Source: Planctomycetota bacterium (GTDB lineage: Bacteria > Planctomycetota > JAJSAM01 > JAJVHW01). Taken from it: a DNA stretch of 64,000 nucleotides. Location of the stretch: positions 1,376,001 through 1,440,000 of the forward strand of contig CBDFJG010000003.1 in assembly GCA_965248445.1 (NCBI GenBank), read 5' to 3'. Shown here piece by piece: positions 19,070-28,937 of this stretch (positions are counted from its first letter, which is position 1; each line of letters starts with the position of its first letter). The notes below the pieces were generated by a model. The model ran no database searches. It saw only the letters and a list, made by a program, of their open reading frames with translations, and was not told the DNA's origin. The translations under genes were made by a program, and so were the position numbers.

Positions 19070-19423
19070 TTACAAGCTCGTGTTGGGCCGCGGAACGGAG
19101 GCGAAGCCTGACTCGGGGGCAGCGCCGGCACGCCGTTGATCCCCCTGCGACGCGTCGGCGTTCGTGCCCACCTCCGCGCCATCGCCAGGCCCCGCGTCCG
19201 AACGGGTGTGGATTGCATCGAACAGTGGGCGACCACACACGCGGCACGGACGCGTGGTCGCCAGTACCCCGAAGTCGCCACCGTGGAACATGTGCGACTG
19301 AGCGGGGTCGATGCCGGAGATGTCCGGTGGCGTCGCCCTCCGCCTGCGCTCGTCTTCCACGCCGGCTGCGCGCGCAGCGTCGAGGGCGAAGGCGACGGCG
19401 CGGATGTTGGGCGCCTTCGTCAC
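19070..19423 (-). CDS. Phage hypothetical protein, possibly 5'-truncated
   Basis: HxF...CRVCG...H motif; co-oriented with the phage gene run. Confidence 0.5.
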   Translation of the reverse strand: MTKAPNIRAVAFALDAARAAGVEDERRRRATPPDISGIDPAQSHMFHGGDFGVLATTRPCRVCGRPLFDAIHTRSDAGPGDGAEVGTNADASQGDQRRAGAAPESGFASVPRPNTSL

Positions 19424-19617
19424 GGACGCATGAGGTGGCGTTGCCCTTTGCCCACCTCAAGCTCCGAGCCTGGAGAGCACCGTACCCCGGCTACCCGCGC
19501 GAGCTTCGTCACATCGGCGACCACCTCCGCCGCCGCCGCCTAGAGCTCGGTCAACACCAAGGAGGTGCGGCAATACAGATGGGCGTGAGCACAGCCGCGG
19601 TGATCAAGTGGGAGCTG
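19424..19617 (+). pseudogene. XRE-type HTH regulator fragment cut by IS3
   Basis: VALPFAHLKLRA...YPRELRHIGDHLRRRRLELG..Q...A..MGVS..AVIKWE ends at the IS boundary. Confidence 0.65.
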
Positions 19618-21258
19618 CGGGACGTGTCAACGACTTTGAGACACCGCGTCTTCGAGTTTAGTGAGCAGCCTCCTGTGTCGCAGTCTCCAGCGCCGCGAGT
19701 TCCCGGGCCGGCGGGTTGATCCACGTCTCGGTCGGCAGAGCCGGCGGCGTCGGCGCACGGCGCACGAAGCGCTCGGGATGCGCCGCGTACGCGGCATCGA
19801 GCACGACCGAGCGCGCGGCGACGGCCGCTTCGGCGCGGCCGTAGTGCACGGTCTCGGGCGTCAGCAGCCCGAGACTCGAGTGACGATGCTCGCGGTTGTA
19901 CCAGTGGAAAAAGGCGCGGCAGTGCGCCCGCGCGTCCTCGATGCAGCCGAAGCGCGCTGGGAAGTCCGGCCGGTACTTCAGCGTGCGGAATTGGCTCTCG
20001 GAAAACGGATTGTCATTCGACGTGTACGGCCGGCTGTGCGACTTCGTCACGCCGAGATCGGCGAGCAGAAAGGCCACCGGCTTGCTGATCATCGGCGGCC
20101 CCCGATCGGAGTGGATCGTGAGCTGCTCCGCCGCGATCCCCTGCTTCTCGCAGGACTGCTCGATGAGTGCCGTCGCCAGCGCACCGCTCTCGCAGTCCGC
20201 CAGCATCCAGCCCACGACGTTGCGGGAGTAGATGTCGAGCACGACGTAGAGATAGAAGTAGCTCCACTTCACCGGGCCGCGGAGCTTGGTGATGTCCCAG
20301 CTCCAGACCTGGTTCGGGGAGGTCGCGAGGAGCTCGGGCTTCTTGTACGCGGGATGACGCAGCTGGTTGCGGCGCTCACGCACAGCACCAGCCGCACCGA
20401 GGATGCGGTACATCGTGCGCACCGAGCACAGGTAGCGTCCCTCGTCGAGCAGGATCGCCCACGCCGCAAGCGGTGACAGATCGCAGAAGCGCTCCTCGCT
20501 CAGCACCGCGAGTACGGTAAGACGCTCGTCGATCGTGAGGGCGCGCGGCGAGCGCCGGCGCGGCTGCTGGGGCCGGGGGCACGTGCGTGCCGTTCGGCGC
20601 CGATAGAGCGTGGCGCGCGTGACTCCGAGCGCGCGGCACGCGGGGGCGACGCCCACGCGTCCCCCCAGCTCCTCCGCCGCAATCACGTGTCGCTCCCGCT
20701 CGTCTCGGGCATCTCGATGCCCAGCAGCCGTGAGACTTTTCGCTGCACGTCGATGATCACCTCGGCCGTCTCGAGCCGCTTCTCGAGACGGGCGACTTCG
20801 CGCTCGAGCTGCTCGTTGCGCTTCTTGAGCGCACGGTCCGGATCGGGCTTGGGACCACGCCGCTTGGGCGAGAGCGCCTCGAGCTGGCCCTGGTCCCGCG
20901 CGCGCCGCCACGTCAACAAGTGCGAGGAGTACAGCCCCTCACGGCGCAAGAGAGCGCCGATCTCGCCGGGCTTCGTGCACGCGTCCGCCGCCTCGATGAT
21001 CCGTAGCTTGTACGCGGCGCCAAAGCGCCGCCGCGAGGCGCGCGGCACGACCTCGGGGTCGCGCACCCCAACGTCCCCCGGGCCGCGCGCCCCGGGGGAG
21101 CCCCCTCCGCCTCGATCGCGCTCGCTATGCTCGCCCTCCCTCGGCTCCGGGATCTCCCCCGGCGCTGTGTTGTGGTTGTTCGTCATCGCTGGTTCCTCCA
21201 CCGCCCTGCACAGTAATCATCCGTGGGGTCGGTGTCTCAGCCACGTTGGCACAGAGGG
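19618..21258 (-). mobile_element. IS3-family element, second full copy (OrfA 20683-21186, OrfB 19658-20686)
   Basis: Reverse complement of 16250-17890; identical proteins. Confidence 0.95.
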
Positions 21259-21450
21259 CTCTGCCGCCGCCCTGCCCTGGTAGGCGTGCGTCACGTTCGC
21301 GGCTCTCCGCGGCGGGGTCCGGCGAGGCGTTTCATCCGTCACACCCTCTTTGGTGCCGGGGAGAGCGCGAATATACCCACTTTCTCAGGGCAGGAGTTCA
21401 CGAGTGCTGAGCCGACACACTGGCTCGGGACCCGCATGTCGTACGTCGTC

Positions 21451-21577
21451 AGTCCGGTTGGGCGTCGGCCGGAGAGTCCGGCTGGGCGTTCTCTCGGGAG
21501 TTCGGCTGGGCGTCGGCCGGAGAGTCCGGCTGGGCGTTCTCTCGGGAGTCTGGCTGGGCGTCGGCCGGAGAGTCCGG
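21451..21577. repeat. Alternating 24-bp tandem repeat (ABABA)
   Basis: AGTCCGGCTGGGCGTCGGCCGGAG / AGTCCGGCTGGGCGTTCTCTCGGG; encodes DSPADAQP/DSRENAQP on the minus strand. Confidence 0.9.
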
Positions 21578-21673
21578 AGCGGCATTGGTGGGAGAGCGGG
21601 GGGACGCGTTCGCGGCGTCCTCGGTGCAGTCTCCGCAGCCGGCCACGAAAACCGTCGCGAGGGTGAGGCGGAG

Positions 21674-23205
21674 GTACCCGTTCAGGGTATGACGGTCCGC
21701 GGCCTCAGCGCGTGATCGGGAGCGCGACGAGAGCCGGCGGCGAGCGGTTGTGCGCGAGTGCCGCGCTGACGTCTGCGAGGTAATCGAAGACGCTCTCGCC
21801 ACGCTGGCGGAGCGTGGCGGTGACGGTCAGGATGCGCTCGACGAAGCGGAGTCCGCGCTCGCTCTGACTTCCGTGCGTTGCGCGTCTCCACAGGACCGGC
21901 TTGCGCACCGCGCGCTCAGCGGCGTTGTTCGTCGGGGAGACGCCAGGGACGTCGGCGAAGGTCCACAGAGCCTCCGCTCGGTCGAGCAGATGCCGAGTCG
22001 TTCCGCGTACTCGGCGGTGCTTGCTGTCTGCGCCGCGCACGAGCAGCGTCAGGAGTCGGTCCCATGTGAGACGCAGCTCACGCCGCATGCGGTCGCGGTC
22101 CCCGTGCTCGCCGAAGTGACGCTGAGCTCGCATGACAGCCTGGGCGAGACGCACGGCCTGCTTGCCGAAGCGCCGGCCGCCGCGCGAGCCCTCGGCCAGC
22201 GCTCGAAAGTCCCTCTCGAGATGCGCCCAGCAGATCTGGCGGCGCTCGGTGGGATGCTGGTCGTAAGCGCCCATACGGTCGGTCACGAGGACGCCCCTGA
22301 AGCGCTTGCCCACGAGTCGCCGCATGGCCTTGGCGCTCCTGCGCCGATCGATACGATGGACCGTGGCGTGCTCACAGACCGCGCTCCACAGCCAATGCAG
22401 CGTGCCACGACGCGACCACGGTGTCTCGTCTACATAGGCGACGCTGCTCGTGCGTACGGCCCCGAGGGCCTCGATGTGCGCTGAGGAGATGGCTCCCGAC
22501 ACCCGCTCCTCGATCGCACTGACCGTGCCCGGTGACATCGAGACGCCGATGACGTCACGCAACAGACGACTGGTCTCGCGCCGCGACAGGCGGAAGACGC
22601 CGACCAGAGCCGCGGTGAGCGCACAGAGTCGCGGGCCGAAGGGACTCGCCGTCACACCGCTTGGCAGCGAGGCAGTGGACGTGGCGCCACAGTCCGTGCA
22701 CCGTGCCCGGTGCAACCGGTGCTCGGTCACCTGGATCAGCCGTGGCGGGACCTCGAAGACCTGCTGGCGTGTCGGGGCGCGATCGATCGGGACGAGCACG
22801 TCGCTCCCACACGCGCTGCACTCGCGCGGGCGGTGGTCCTCTACGCCATCGACCTCGGACTCGTCCACGAGCTTGCGCGTCGCCCCTTTGTGGCCGGGCT
22901 GCGCACCCTGGCGCTTGTCCGACGGCGGCTTGCGCCGCCGCCGCTTCTTGGACCACGACGGATCCGAGGACGGTGGGCGCGAGGAGGTGCGGGAGTCCCG
23001 GCGAAGACGGCTCTCGAGATCGTCGATCCGTGCCGCCTGCCGCTCGATCACCTCCGCCTGCTCGGCAATCGTCTCGTCCCGAGCGTCCAGACGACGGGTC
23101 AGGCGCTCGACCAGATCACGCAGCTCATCGGTGCCCACATCCGATTCATCGACCGAACGGAAAGCGATCTGGATCCGAGCTCAGAACCAAGGGCTGAACG
23201 GGTAC
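21674..23205 (-). mobile_element. IS66-family single-ORF element A
   Basis: Terminal IR GTACCCGTTCAG / CTGAACGGGTAC. Confidence 0.9.
21705..23138 (-). CDS. IS66-family transposase
   Basis: DSRTSSRPPSSD, G.QPGH.G, CxxC ribbons, VDETPW, TDR..AY, QICWAHL.R, PTNNAAERAVR. Confidence 0.95.
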   Translation of the reverse strand: MGTDELRDLVERLTRRLDARDETIAEQAEVIERQAARIDDLESRLRRDSRTSSRPPSSDPSWSKKRRRRKPPSDKRQGAQPGHKGATRKLVDESEVDGVEDHRPRECSACGSDVLVPIDRAPTRQQVFEVPPRLIQVTEHRLHRARCTDCGATSTASLPSGVTASPFGPRLCALTAALVGVFRLSRRETSRLLRDVIGVSMSPGTVSAIEERVSGAISSAHIEALGAVRTSSVAYVDETPWSRRGTLHWLWSAVCEHATVHRIDRRRSAKAMRRLVGKRFRGVLVTDRMGAYDQHPTERRQICWAHLERDFRALAEGSRGGRRFGKQAVRLAQAVMRAQRHFGEHGDRDRMRRELRLTWDRLLTLLVRGADSKHRRVRGTTRHLLDRAEALWTFADVPGVSPTNNAAERAVRKPVLWRRATHGSQSERGLRFVERILTVTATLRQRGESVFDYLADVSAALAHNRSPPALVALPITR

Positions 23206-23240
23206 GCGTAGCGAGCGGCGTGACACCCCGGAGTGAGCCG

Positions 23241-23312
23241 CCTCCGTAGCAGAGACTGCGTAGGAGGGAGACAAACTGACAAGGAGCGGCGCAAGGATCG
23301 CTGCACGATCCG
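23241..23312 (-). repeat. Dispersed 3'-UTR repeat, degenerate copy
   Basis: CTCCGTAGCAGAGACTGCGTAGGAGGGAGACAA...GGATCGCTGCACGATCC. Confidence 0.6.
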
Positions 23313-23327
23313 AGTGACGCGACGCAG

Positions 23328-23864
23328 TCAGTCTTCGACGTAGATCTCAGTGGCGTTCACGACGAGCACACCCGGATCCGGGCGCGGGCCGACGGTGCCC
23401 TTCACGATGAGCACGCTCAGCTCCTTCATCCCGCCGGCACCGTCCAGCGTCGCCTTGAGCGGGCGGCCGTCGGCGCCGACGACCTGGAGCGTCAGCGTTC
23501 CGGCCACGATGGCCTCCTGCGTCATGCAGCAGTAGTCCCACGGCGTTTCGCAGCCGTCGCCCATGACGTCACACGACTCGATCGAGACGTCGCTGCCGAG
23601 CATCAACGCGGCGCGACCGGCAACGAATGGCTTGTCGCCGCCGGCGACCTTGCCGCGCACGATCACGACGTCGCCCTCCTTCGTGCTCTTCTTGACCTCT
23701 GTGACGTCGAGGGCGCCGTCGGGCGCCGCATCGACGAAGAGCGTCGCCGGGAGCGCGACCGCGGTGGCCGTGCCGTTGTCCTTCGGCGGCGCGTCCTCAC
23801 CGTTGCACGCGGGAAGCGCGAGAGCCATCGCCAGTAGTGCGGCCAGAGTGATTCGTTTCGTCAT
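23328..23864 (-). CDS. Cys-rich lipoprotein (OB-fold-like)
   Basis: Lipobox LPAC; SCDVMGDGCETPWDYCC; last gene of the ArsR operon. Confidence 0.8.
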   Translation of the reverse strand: MTKRITLAALLAMALALPACNGEDAPPKDNGTATAVALPATLFVDAAPDGALDVTEVKKSTKEGDVVIVRGKVAGGDKPFVAGRAALMLGSDVSIESCDVMGDGCETPWDYCCMTQEAIVAGTLTLQVVGADGRPLKATLDGAGGMKELSVLIVKGTVGPRPDPGVLVVNATEIYVED

Positions 23865-23902
23865 GGTGTCCCTCGGAACAGTTGGTGTGTGTGTGTTGAA
23901 CT

Positions 23903-25069
23903 TCATCCTGATCGCAACGCCTGCGCCACGGGTACCGACAGGCAGCGTATGGCGGGCGGCAGTGCACCGAACACGCCGACCAGTATCCCGGCGACGAGGC
24001 CCGTGAGGACCACACCGCCGTCGATCGAGAGCCCGAAGGCGCCCATCGAGATCTTCACCGCCAGACCGTCCAGGAGAGCGAATCCAGTGAGCGTCGCGAG
24101 AAGTGCTCCGATCACCGACCCGAGCACGGACTCCTGCACGAGCGAGATCACGATCGCCAGGCGCGAGTACCCCACCGCCTGGAGCGTCGCGAGTTCGCGG
24201 ATGCGCGCAGAGAACGCGGCGTAGAGCGTGTTCAGCCCGCCGAGCAGAGCGCCGTCCGCGACGAGGAACGCGGTAACCCAGACCATCCAGCGCACCGGCG
24301 CGTAGAACGCGAAAAGGTCGTCGTAGTACTCCTGCTCGGGGATCGCGACCAGTTCGAGGTCGAGACGCTGCTTGGTGAAGAGATCGGCATCCTCGAAGCC
24401 TTCCGCCGTGTCCATGGTCAGCACGACGGACGAGAGGTGGTCCCGCTTCGTCGTCACGCGCAAGTCCTCGAGGCCGACCCACAACTCCGCCTCCATGACC
24501 GTGCTGGGCGCCTCGAACGTGCCGACCACCGTGAAGTCGCGATCGTCGAGACGGATGACCGCGCCGGGACGCAAGTCGTCCGGGTCCACACCCAGCCGGG
24601 CGGACGCGAGTCGGCCGGCGACGATCTCGTCGGGGCCCGGCGTGCGTCCCTCGATCAGCCGGAACTCCGGATGCACAAGATAGGCGGCGTCGCGCACGCC
24701 GCGGAACGTCGCGAACACCGTACGGGTCTCCTTGCCCTTCAGTTCGGCCACGGTCGCGAAGACGATCTCCGGCGACACATAGCGCACGCCGAAGCGTTCA
24801 CGGATGCCCGGGATCGAAGCCGATGCGATCCCCGGCGCGGCGCTCGAGATCTCGCTTCGTTCGAGACTCTCCTCGCTGCCCGCTCCGAGCAGCACGACGT
24901 TCGTGCCGACCGCCCGCGCACCGAGGCTCTCGCGCATCCCGTGGACGAAGGCGGCAGCTGCAACGATCAGCAGCACCACCAGGAACGTGCCGAACACCGT
25001 CAGCGCGAAGCGCCACGGCGCGCGTGCGGCGTTGCGCACGGCGTAGTCCCAGGGGATGAGCTTCGGCAT
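23903..25069 (-). CDS. MacB/FtsX-type ABC permease
   Basis: N-terminal TM, periplasmic domain, RIRELATLQAVGY, three C-terminal TMs. Confidence 0.9.
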   Translation of the reverse strand: MPKLIPWDYAVRNAARAPWRFALTVFGTFLVVLLIVAAAAFVHGMRESLGARAVGTNVVLLGAGSEESLERSEISSAAPGIASASIPGIRERFGVRYVSPEIVFATVAELKGKETRTVFATFRGVRDAAYLVHPEFRLIEGRTPGPDEIVAGRLASARLGVDPDDLRPGAVIRLDDRDFTVVGTFEAPSTVMEAELWVGLEDLRVTTKRDHLSSVVLTMDTAEGFEDADLFTKQRLDLELVAIPEQEYYDDLFAFYAPVRWMVWVTAFLVADGALLGGLNTLYAAFSARIRELATLQAVGYSRLAIVISLVQESVLGSVIGALLATLTGFALLDGLAVKISMGAFGLSIDGGVVLTGLVAGILVGVFGALPPAIRCLSVPVAQALRSG

Positions 25070-26220
25070 CAGACCGCCCGGAAGGACTCCGCGATGGAGA
25101 TCCGCGACGCGCGCACGGCCGGAATGACACCGGCCAGCATGCCGAGTCCGGCCGCGACGCCGATCGCGAACAGCACGCCGATCGGACGGGCCTCGGCGGC
25201 GATCGAGAGTCCCTCGTTGGAGAGGCTGAAGTCGTTGAAGGCGAGCAAACCGGCAGCCATGCCGGCGCCCAACACACCTCCCAGCAATCCGAGGAGCAGA
25301 CCCTCGGCGACGATCATCCGCCCCACCAGGCCACTCGTGTACCCGAGGGTCTGCAACACGGCGATGTCGCGCACTCGATCATGCACCGACAGCACGATCG
25401 AGTTGGCGACAAGCGCGAGGACGGCCAGCACACAGCTCAACGCAATCCATTTCGTGAATCCGAGCAGCTCGACCGCCTCGGACGCCGCCCGGGCCACGAA
25501 CGCCTTCTCGGGGCTCGTGTGCGTCGGCTCCTGCGCGTGCTCGAACTCCGCATCGATGGCCGCGGAGACCGTCTCGGCTTCGGTCGGGTCATCGATGTTG
25601 ACGTTGAACTGCGTGACGATCCCGTCGCCGGACGAGCCCGGTGCGCGCTGGATGAACTCGAGGTCGACGTAGGCGACGTTGACGTCTTGCGGCTCGTCCG
25701 AGTCGAAGATCCCGGCGACGGTGACCGTGACGCCGTTGGCGTCGAAGCGCTGCCCCACCTTGAAGCCGCGGCGTTCCGCGAGCGTGCGTCCGACGATCGC
25801 CGCGTCGCTGCGGCGCAGCCACGCCTCGAACGAGCCGTCGACGAACGAGAGCCGCTCGCCCTCGGTCGCCGCGAACCGTGCAGGTCGCACTCCGCGGAAC
25901 GTCACGACATCGAGACTCGCGCGGCAGTTGCTGACGAGGATCTTCATCGGCGTGACGCTGCGGACGCCCGGCACCTTGCGGATGCGGGCCTCGTAGTCCT
26001 CGGGCAGCTGGCTGGTGAACGGGCAGAAGCGGTTCTCGCGATAGACGACCAGCGTCGTGTCCTCCGCCGACTTGCCCGTCGCCTCCTCGACGCCGCGCTG
26101 GAGCGAGTCCACGAGCGTCAGCAGCAGCATCGCGGACGCGATGCCACCGACAGTGAGCAGCGTGCGGATCCGCTGCCTGCGGATCGTCTTGCCCACCAGC
26201 GAGAGAAATCTCCACCTCAT
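25069..26220 (-). CDS. MacB/FtsX-type ABC permease
   Basis: RTLLTVGGIA, ENRFCPFTSQLP, RVRDIAVLQTLGY. Confidence 0.9.
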   Translation of the reverse strand: MRWRFLSLVGKTIRRQRIRTLLTVGGIASAMLLLTLVDSLQRGVEEATGKSAEDTTLVVYRENRFCPFTSQLPEDYEARIRKVPGVRSVTPMKILVSNCRASLDVVTFRGVRPARFAATEGERLSFVDGSFEAWLRRSDAAIVGRTLAERRGFKVGQRFDANGVTVTVAGIFDSDEPQDVNVAYVDLEFIQRAPGSSGDGIVTQFNVNIDDPTEAETVSAAIDAEFEHAQEPTHTSPEKAFVARAASEAVELLGFTKWIALSCVLAVLALVANSIVLSVHDRVRDIAVLQTLGYTSGLVGRMIVAEGLLLGLLGGVLGAGMAAGLLAFNDFSLSNEGLSIAAEARPIGVLFAIGVAAGLGMLAGVIPAVRASRISIAESFRAV

Positions 26221-26915
26221 GATGCGTCCGTCACAGCAGCCGCCGGTTCGATGAGGCGTCCCTTGCGCAGGTGCACGACGCGCTCGGCACGTTCCGCCGC
26301 GCGCGGGTCGTGCGTCACCATGATGAAGGTCTTCCCGAGCTGCGTGTGCAACTCGCCGAGCAGGTCGAGAATCGCGTTCGCCGAGTCTTCGTCGAGGTCC
26401 CCTGTCGGCTCGTCGGCCACGACGATCGGAGGGTCGACGACGATCGCCCGCGCGATCGCAACGCGCTGCTCCTGACCGCCCGAGAGCTGGCGCGGAAAGT
26501 GGTCCGCGCGATCGGTCAGCCCGACCAGTTCGAGAGCCAGCGACACGCGCCGGTGGCGCTCCGTACGCGATCCCTCGTGCAGGAGCAGCGGCAACTCGAC
26601 GTTCTCGTAGGCCGTGAGTGTGGGGATCAGGTTGTAGAGCTGGAAGATGTAGCCGATGTTGTGCGAGCGCCAGCGGGCCAGCGCGTCGCGCCCGAGACTC
26701 GTGATGTCCACGCCGTTCACTTCTAGAGAACCGGCGGTCGGCGAGTCGATGCCCGCGATCAGGTTGAGCAGCGTCGACTTCCCGCTGCCCGACGGGCCCA
26801 TCAGCGCGACGTACTCGCCCTCGGCGACGTCGAGGTCCAGTTCATCGAGCGGCTTGATGACCTCAGAGCCCTTCGTGTACGTGCGGGTCAGGCCGCGGCA
26901 TCGGATCAGAGCCAC
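26217..26915 (-). CDS. ABC ATP-binding protein (LolD/MacB type)
   Basis: GPSGSGKS, LSGGQEQR, ADEPTGDLD, VTHD. Confidence 0.95.
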   Translation of the reverse strand: MALIRCRGLTRTYTKGSEVIKPLDELDLDVAEGEYVALMGPSGSGKSTLLNLIAGIDSPTAGSLEVNGVDITSLGRDALARWRSHNIGYIFQLYNLIPTLTAYENVELPLLLHEGSRTERHRRVSLALELVGLTDRADHFPRQLSGGQEQRVAIARAIVVDPPIVVADEPTGDLDEDSANAILDLLGELHTQLGKTFIMVTHDPRAAERAERVVHLRKGRLIEPAAAVTDAS

Positions 26916-28468
26916 TGTGTCACTCCCGACTCACCCGTGACGTGAACGCGGTCGCCGTCGTCGAGCGTCACGTTCCGCGCGTCGATCACCGCGTCGCCCG
27001 GAGCCAGCCCCGTCAGGACCTGCGCCCAGCCGTCGCGCAGCGCGGAACTGACGGTCACCACGCGGCGCTCCGCAGTCGAGTTGCCCTCGTCGACGACGAA
27101 CACCGCCGCGCTGTCGCCGACGCGGTCGAACAAGAGCGCCGCGGGCACGTACACGGAGACCCCGCGCGAGGGCGTCGCGCTCCCGCCAGTCGATGCAACG
27201 GAGCCGAGGAAGCGCACGCGCGCGAGCATCTCGGGCTTCAGGTCGTCGGTCGGATCCTCGATCGCGACCTTCACCTGGATCGTGTTCTTCTGCACGTCCG
27301 CCTCGCGCACGATGCGCGTGACCGCGCCCTGGAACACCTGGTCGGGCAGGACTTCGACGATGACCTCGGCGCGCTGACCGACGCCCACGCCCGCGGCATC
27401 CGCGAGCGGCACGTCCACGCGCACCTGCAGCTTGGCCGGGTCGTAGAGATGGATCACGTGCGCGGAGTGCATCGAGTCCATCGCCATCATGACCTTCGCC
27501 CCGGGGGCCACGAGCCGGATCATCACGGCGCCGTCCTGCGGCGCGCGGATGACCATGCGGTCGAGACGGAGCTTTGCCTCGTCCCGCGCAGCGGCAAGCC
27601 CCTCGCGCTGTGCGGTGGCCCTCTCGACGGCTGCCTTCGCGGCCTCGAGCCGGCGCTTCTCCTCGATGCGCAGCTCGAAGTCGCGCTTGGCCGCGTCCCG
27701 CCTGGCCCGCGCGCCGTCGAGTTCAGCAACGAGGACCGACTTGCGCGCCTCGGACGCGGCGAGCGTGGCTTCGGCGGTCGCAAGCTTCAGCCGCGTCTGG
27801 GAGACGTCGAACCCGCCAGTTGCGCCGCCCGCGTGCTCGCGCTCCGCGCGCTGCAGGTCGTCGCGCAATCGCGCAACCTCCGCGGCGTTCCCGGCGATCT
27901 TGCTCGCCAACTCGGCTTGATCGGAGACGACGCCGGCGACCTCAGCCTCGGTCTCGCGCACGGCGCGTTCCCGGGCGACGGGGTTGTCCCAGTCGCGCTG
28001 CGCGGCGTCGCGCTCGGCATTCGCAACGCCGACCGCAGCTGCCATCTCGGCGAGCTTCGCGTCCGCACGGCGAAGCGCGATCTCGGCGTCGTCGGGCACC
28101 AGGCGCGCCACGGCCTGACCCTCCTTCACGTGGTCGCCCTCGAGCACCAGCACGTCCCGAACGACTCCGTCGGCCAACGCGGCGACGTAGATCGGGAACG
28201 GATCCGGTTCGACCCAGCCGGCCGCCTGCGCGACGACCGCGCCGGCCGCTGCCACCGGTCCGCCGGGCTGGTCGCGCACGACGACCTGCACCACCTCGAC
28301 GTCGGTGCTCGGCAGGAGCGCGTCGCGGGCGGCGAAGAGCACGACACCGATGAACGCCGCAGCCAGCCCGAGCGGCAACACGACGCGCGTCCCGAAGCGA
28401 CGACGCGGCGGTGCGATCTCGACCGCAGCGCGATCGCGGCGCAGTCCAGAGACGTCGGTGGCGGTCAT
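26906..28468 (-). CDS. Efflux periplasmic adaptor (HlyD/MacA-like) with long coiled coil
   Basis: N-terminal TM, lipoyl halves (VLEGDHVKEGQ / IRAPQDG), LKPEM. Confidence 0.9.
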   Translation of the reverse strand: MTATDVSGLRRDRAAVEIAPPRRRFGTRVVLPLGLAAAFIGVVLFAARDALLPSTDVEVVQVVVRDQPGGPVAAAGAVVAQAAGWVEPDPFPIYVAALADGVVRDVLVLEGDHVKEGQAVARLVPDDAEIALRRADAKLAEMAAAVGVANAERDAAQRDWDNPVARERAVRETEAEVAGVVSDQAELASKIAGNAAEVARLRDDLQRAEREHAGGATGGFDVSQTRLKLATAEATLAASEARKSVLVAELDGARARRDAAKRDFELRIEEKRRLEAAKAAVERATAQREGLAAARDEAKLRLDRMVIRAPQDGAVMIRLVAPGAKVMMAMDSMHSAHVIHLYDPAKLQVRVDVPLADAAGVGVGQRAEVIVEVLPDQVFQGAVTRIVREADVQKNTIQVKVAIEDPTDDLKPEMLARVRFLGSVASTGGSATPSRGVSVYVPAALLFDRVGDSAAVFVVDEGNSTAERRVVTVSSALRDGWAQVLTGLAPGDAVIDARNVTLDDGDRVHVTGESGVTQWL

Positions 28469-28821
28469 GACGCGATCCCGTTCGATAGCAGCGCGTGCAC
28501 GCGCTCGGGCACGGCAGGAGCGTAGAACACGAAGCGGCCGTCGCTGCGCGACGTGAGCAGTCCGACCGCCTTCAAACGCCGCAGGTGCTGCGACGCGGTC
28601 GAGACGGGGATCTGCAGTGTGTGGGCCACGTCGCAGACGCAGCACTCCTCGAGTGCGACGAGATGAAGGACCGCGAGCCGCCCGGGGTGCCCGACGGCCT
28701 TGAGCGCACTCGCCCGCGAGGTCAGGCAGCCCTCCTCGGGCAGGGACTCCCGCAGCTTCTCGACCTTCTCCTCATGGAAGCAGAGGGCCTGTTCACCGGG
28801 TGTGGGGCATCTTTCTCTCAT
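28465..28821 (-). CDS. ArsR/SmtB-family (CadC-like) repressor
   Basis: LKAVGHPGRL, ECCVCDVA, STASQHLRRL, RSDGRFVFY; N-terminal C..CFH. Confidence 0.92.
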   Translation of the reverse strand: MRERCPTPGEQALCFHEEKVEKLRESLPEEGCLTSRASALKAVGHPGRLAVLHLVALEECCVCDVAHTLQIPVSTASQHLRRLKAVGLLTSRSDGRFVFYAPAVPERVHALLSNGIAS

Positions 28822-28937
28822 TACTGGAAACTATAGAACGAACGACGCAGGAGGGAAGTTCCCGTCCGAGTTTCCCCGGCGGGCGGGCGGCCCGGCCTCG
28901 GGCGTGGCAAACGTCTTGGTCAGAACGTCGAGACGCT

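Larger units (their letters stand above)
13149..19423. mobile_element. Prophage/integrative-element remnant at tRNA-Cys, disrupted by IS3
   Basis: Integrase immediately after the tRNA, convergent excisionase, and a run of tightly coupled small minus-strand phage-like genes; no attR or structural genes seen. Confidence 0.75.
21449..23226 (-). pseudogene. Short repeat-containing lipoprotein interrupted in its signal peptide by IS66
   Basis: GTG 23226 MSRRSLR | IS | LRLTLATVFVAGC-GD... in frame. Confidence 0.55.

Noticed and set aside
16244..19617. CAGCT as a 5-bp target duplication between the left flank of one IS3 copy and the right flank of the other
   Set aside because: The sequences beyond the 5-mer belong to different loci, so it is chance or target preference.
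21349..21375. TGGTGCCGGGGAGAG as attR of the tRNA-Cys element
   Set aside because: Does not match the tRNA-Cys 3' sequence in either orientation.
21451..21577. CRISPR-like array
   Set aside because: Contiguous 24-bp units with no unique spacers; an in-frame coding repeat; no cas genes.
28820..28845. ArsR 12-2-12 operator
   Set aside because: AT-rich and well placed, but the inverted symmetry is too weak to call.
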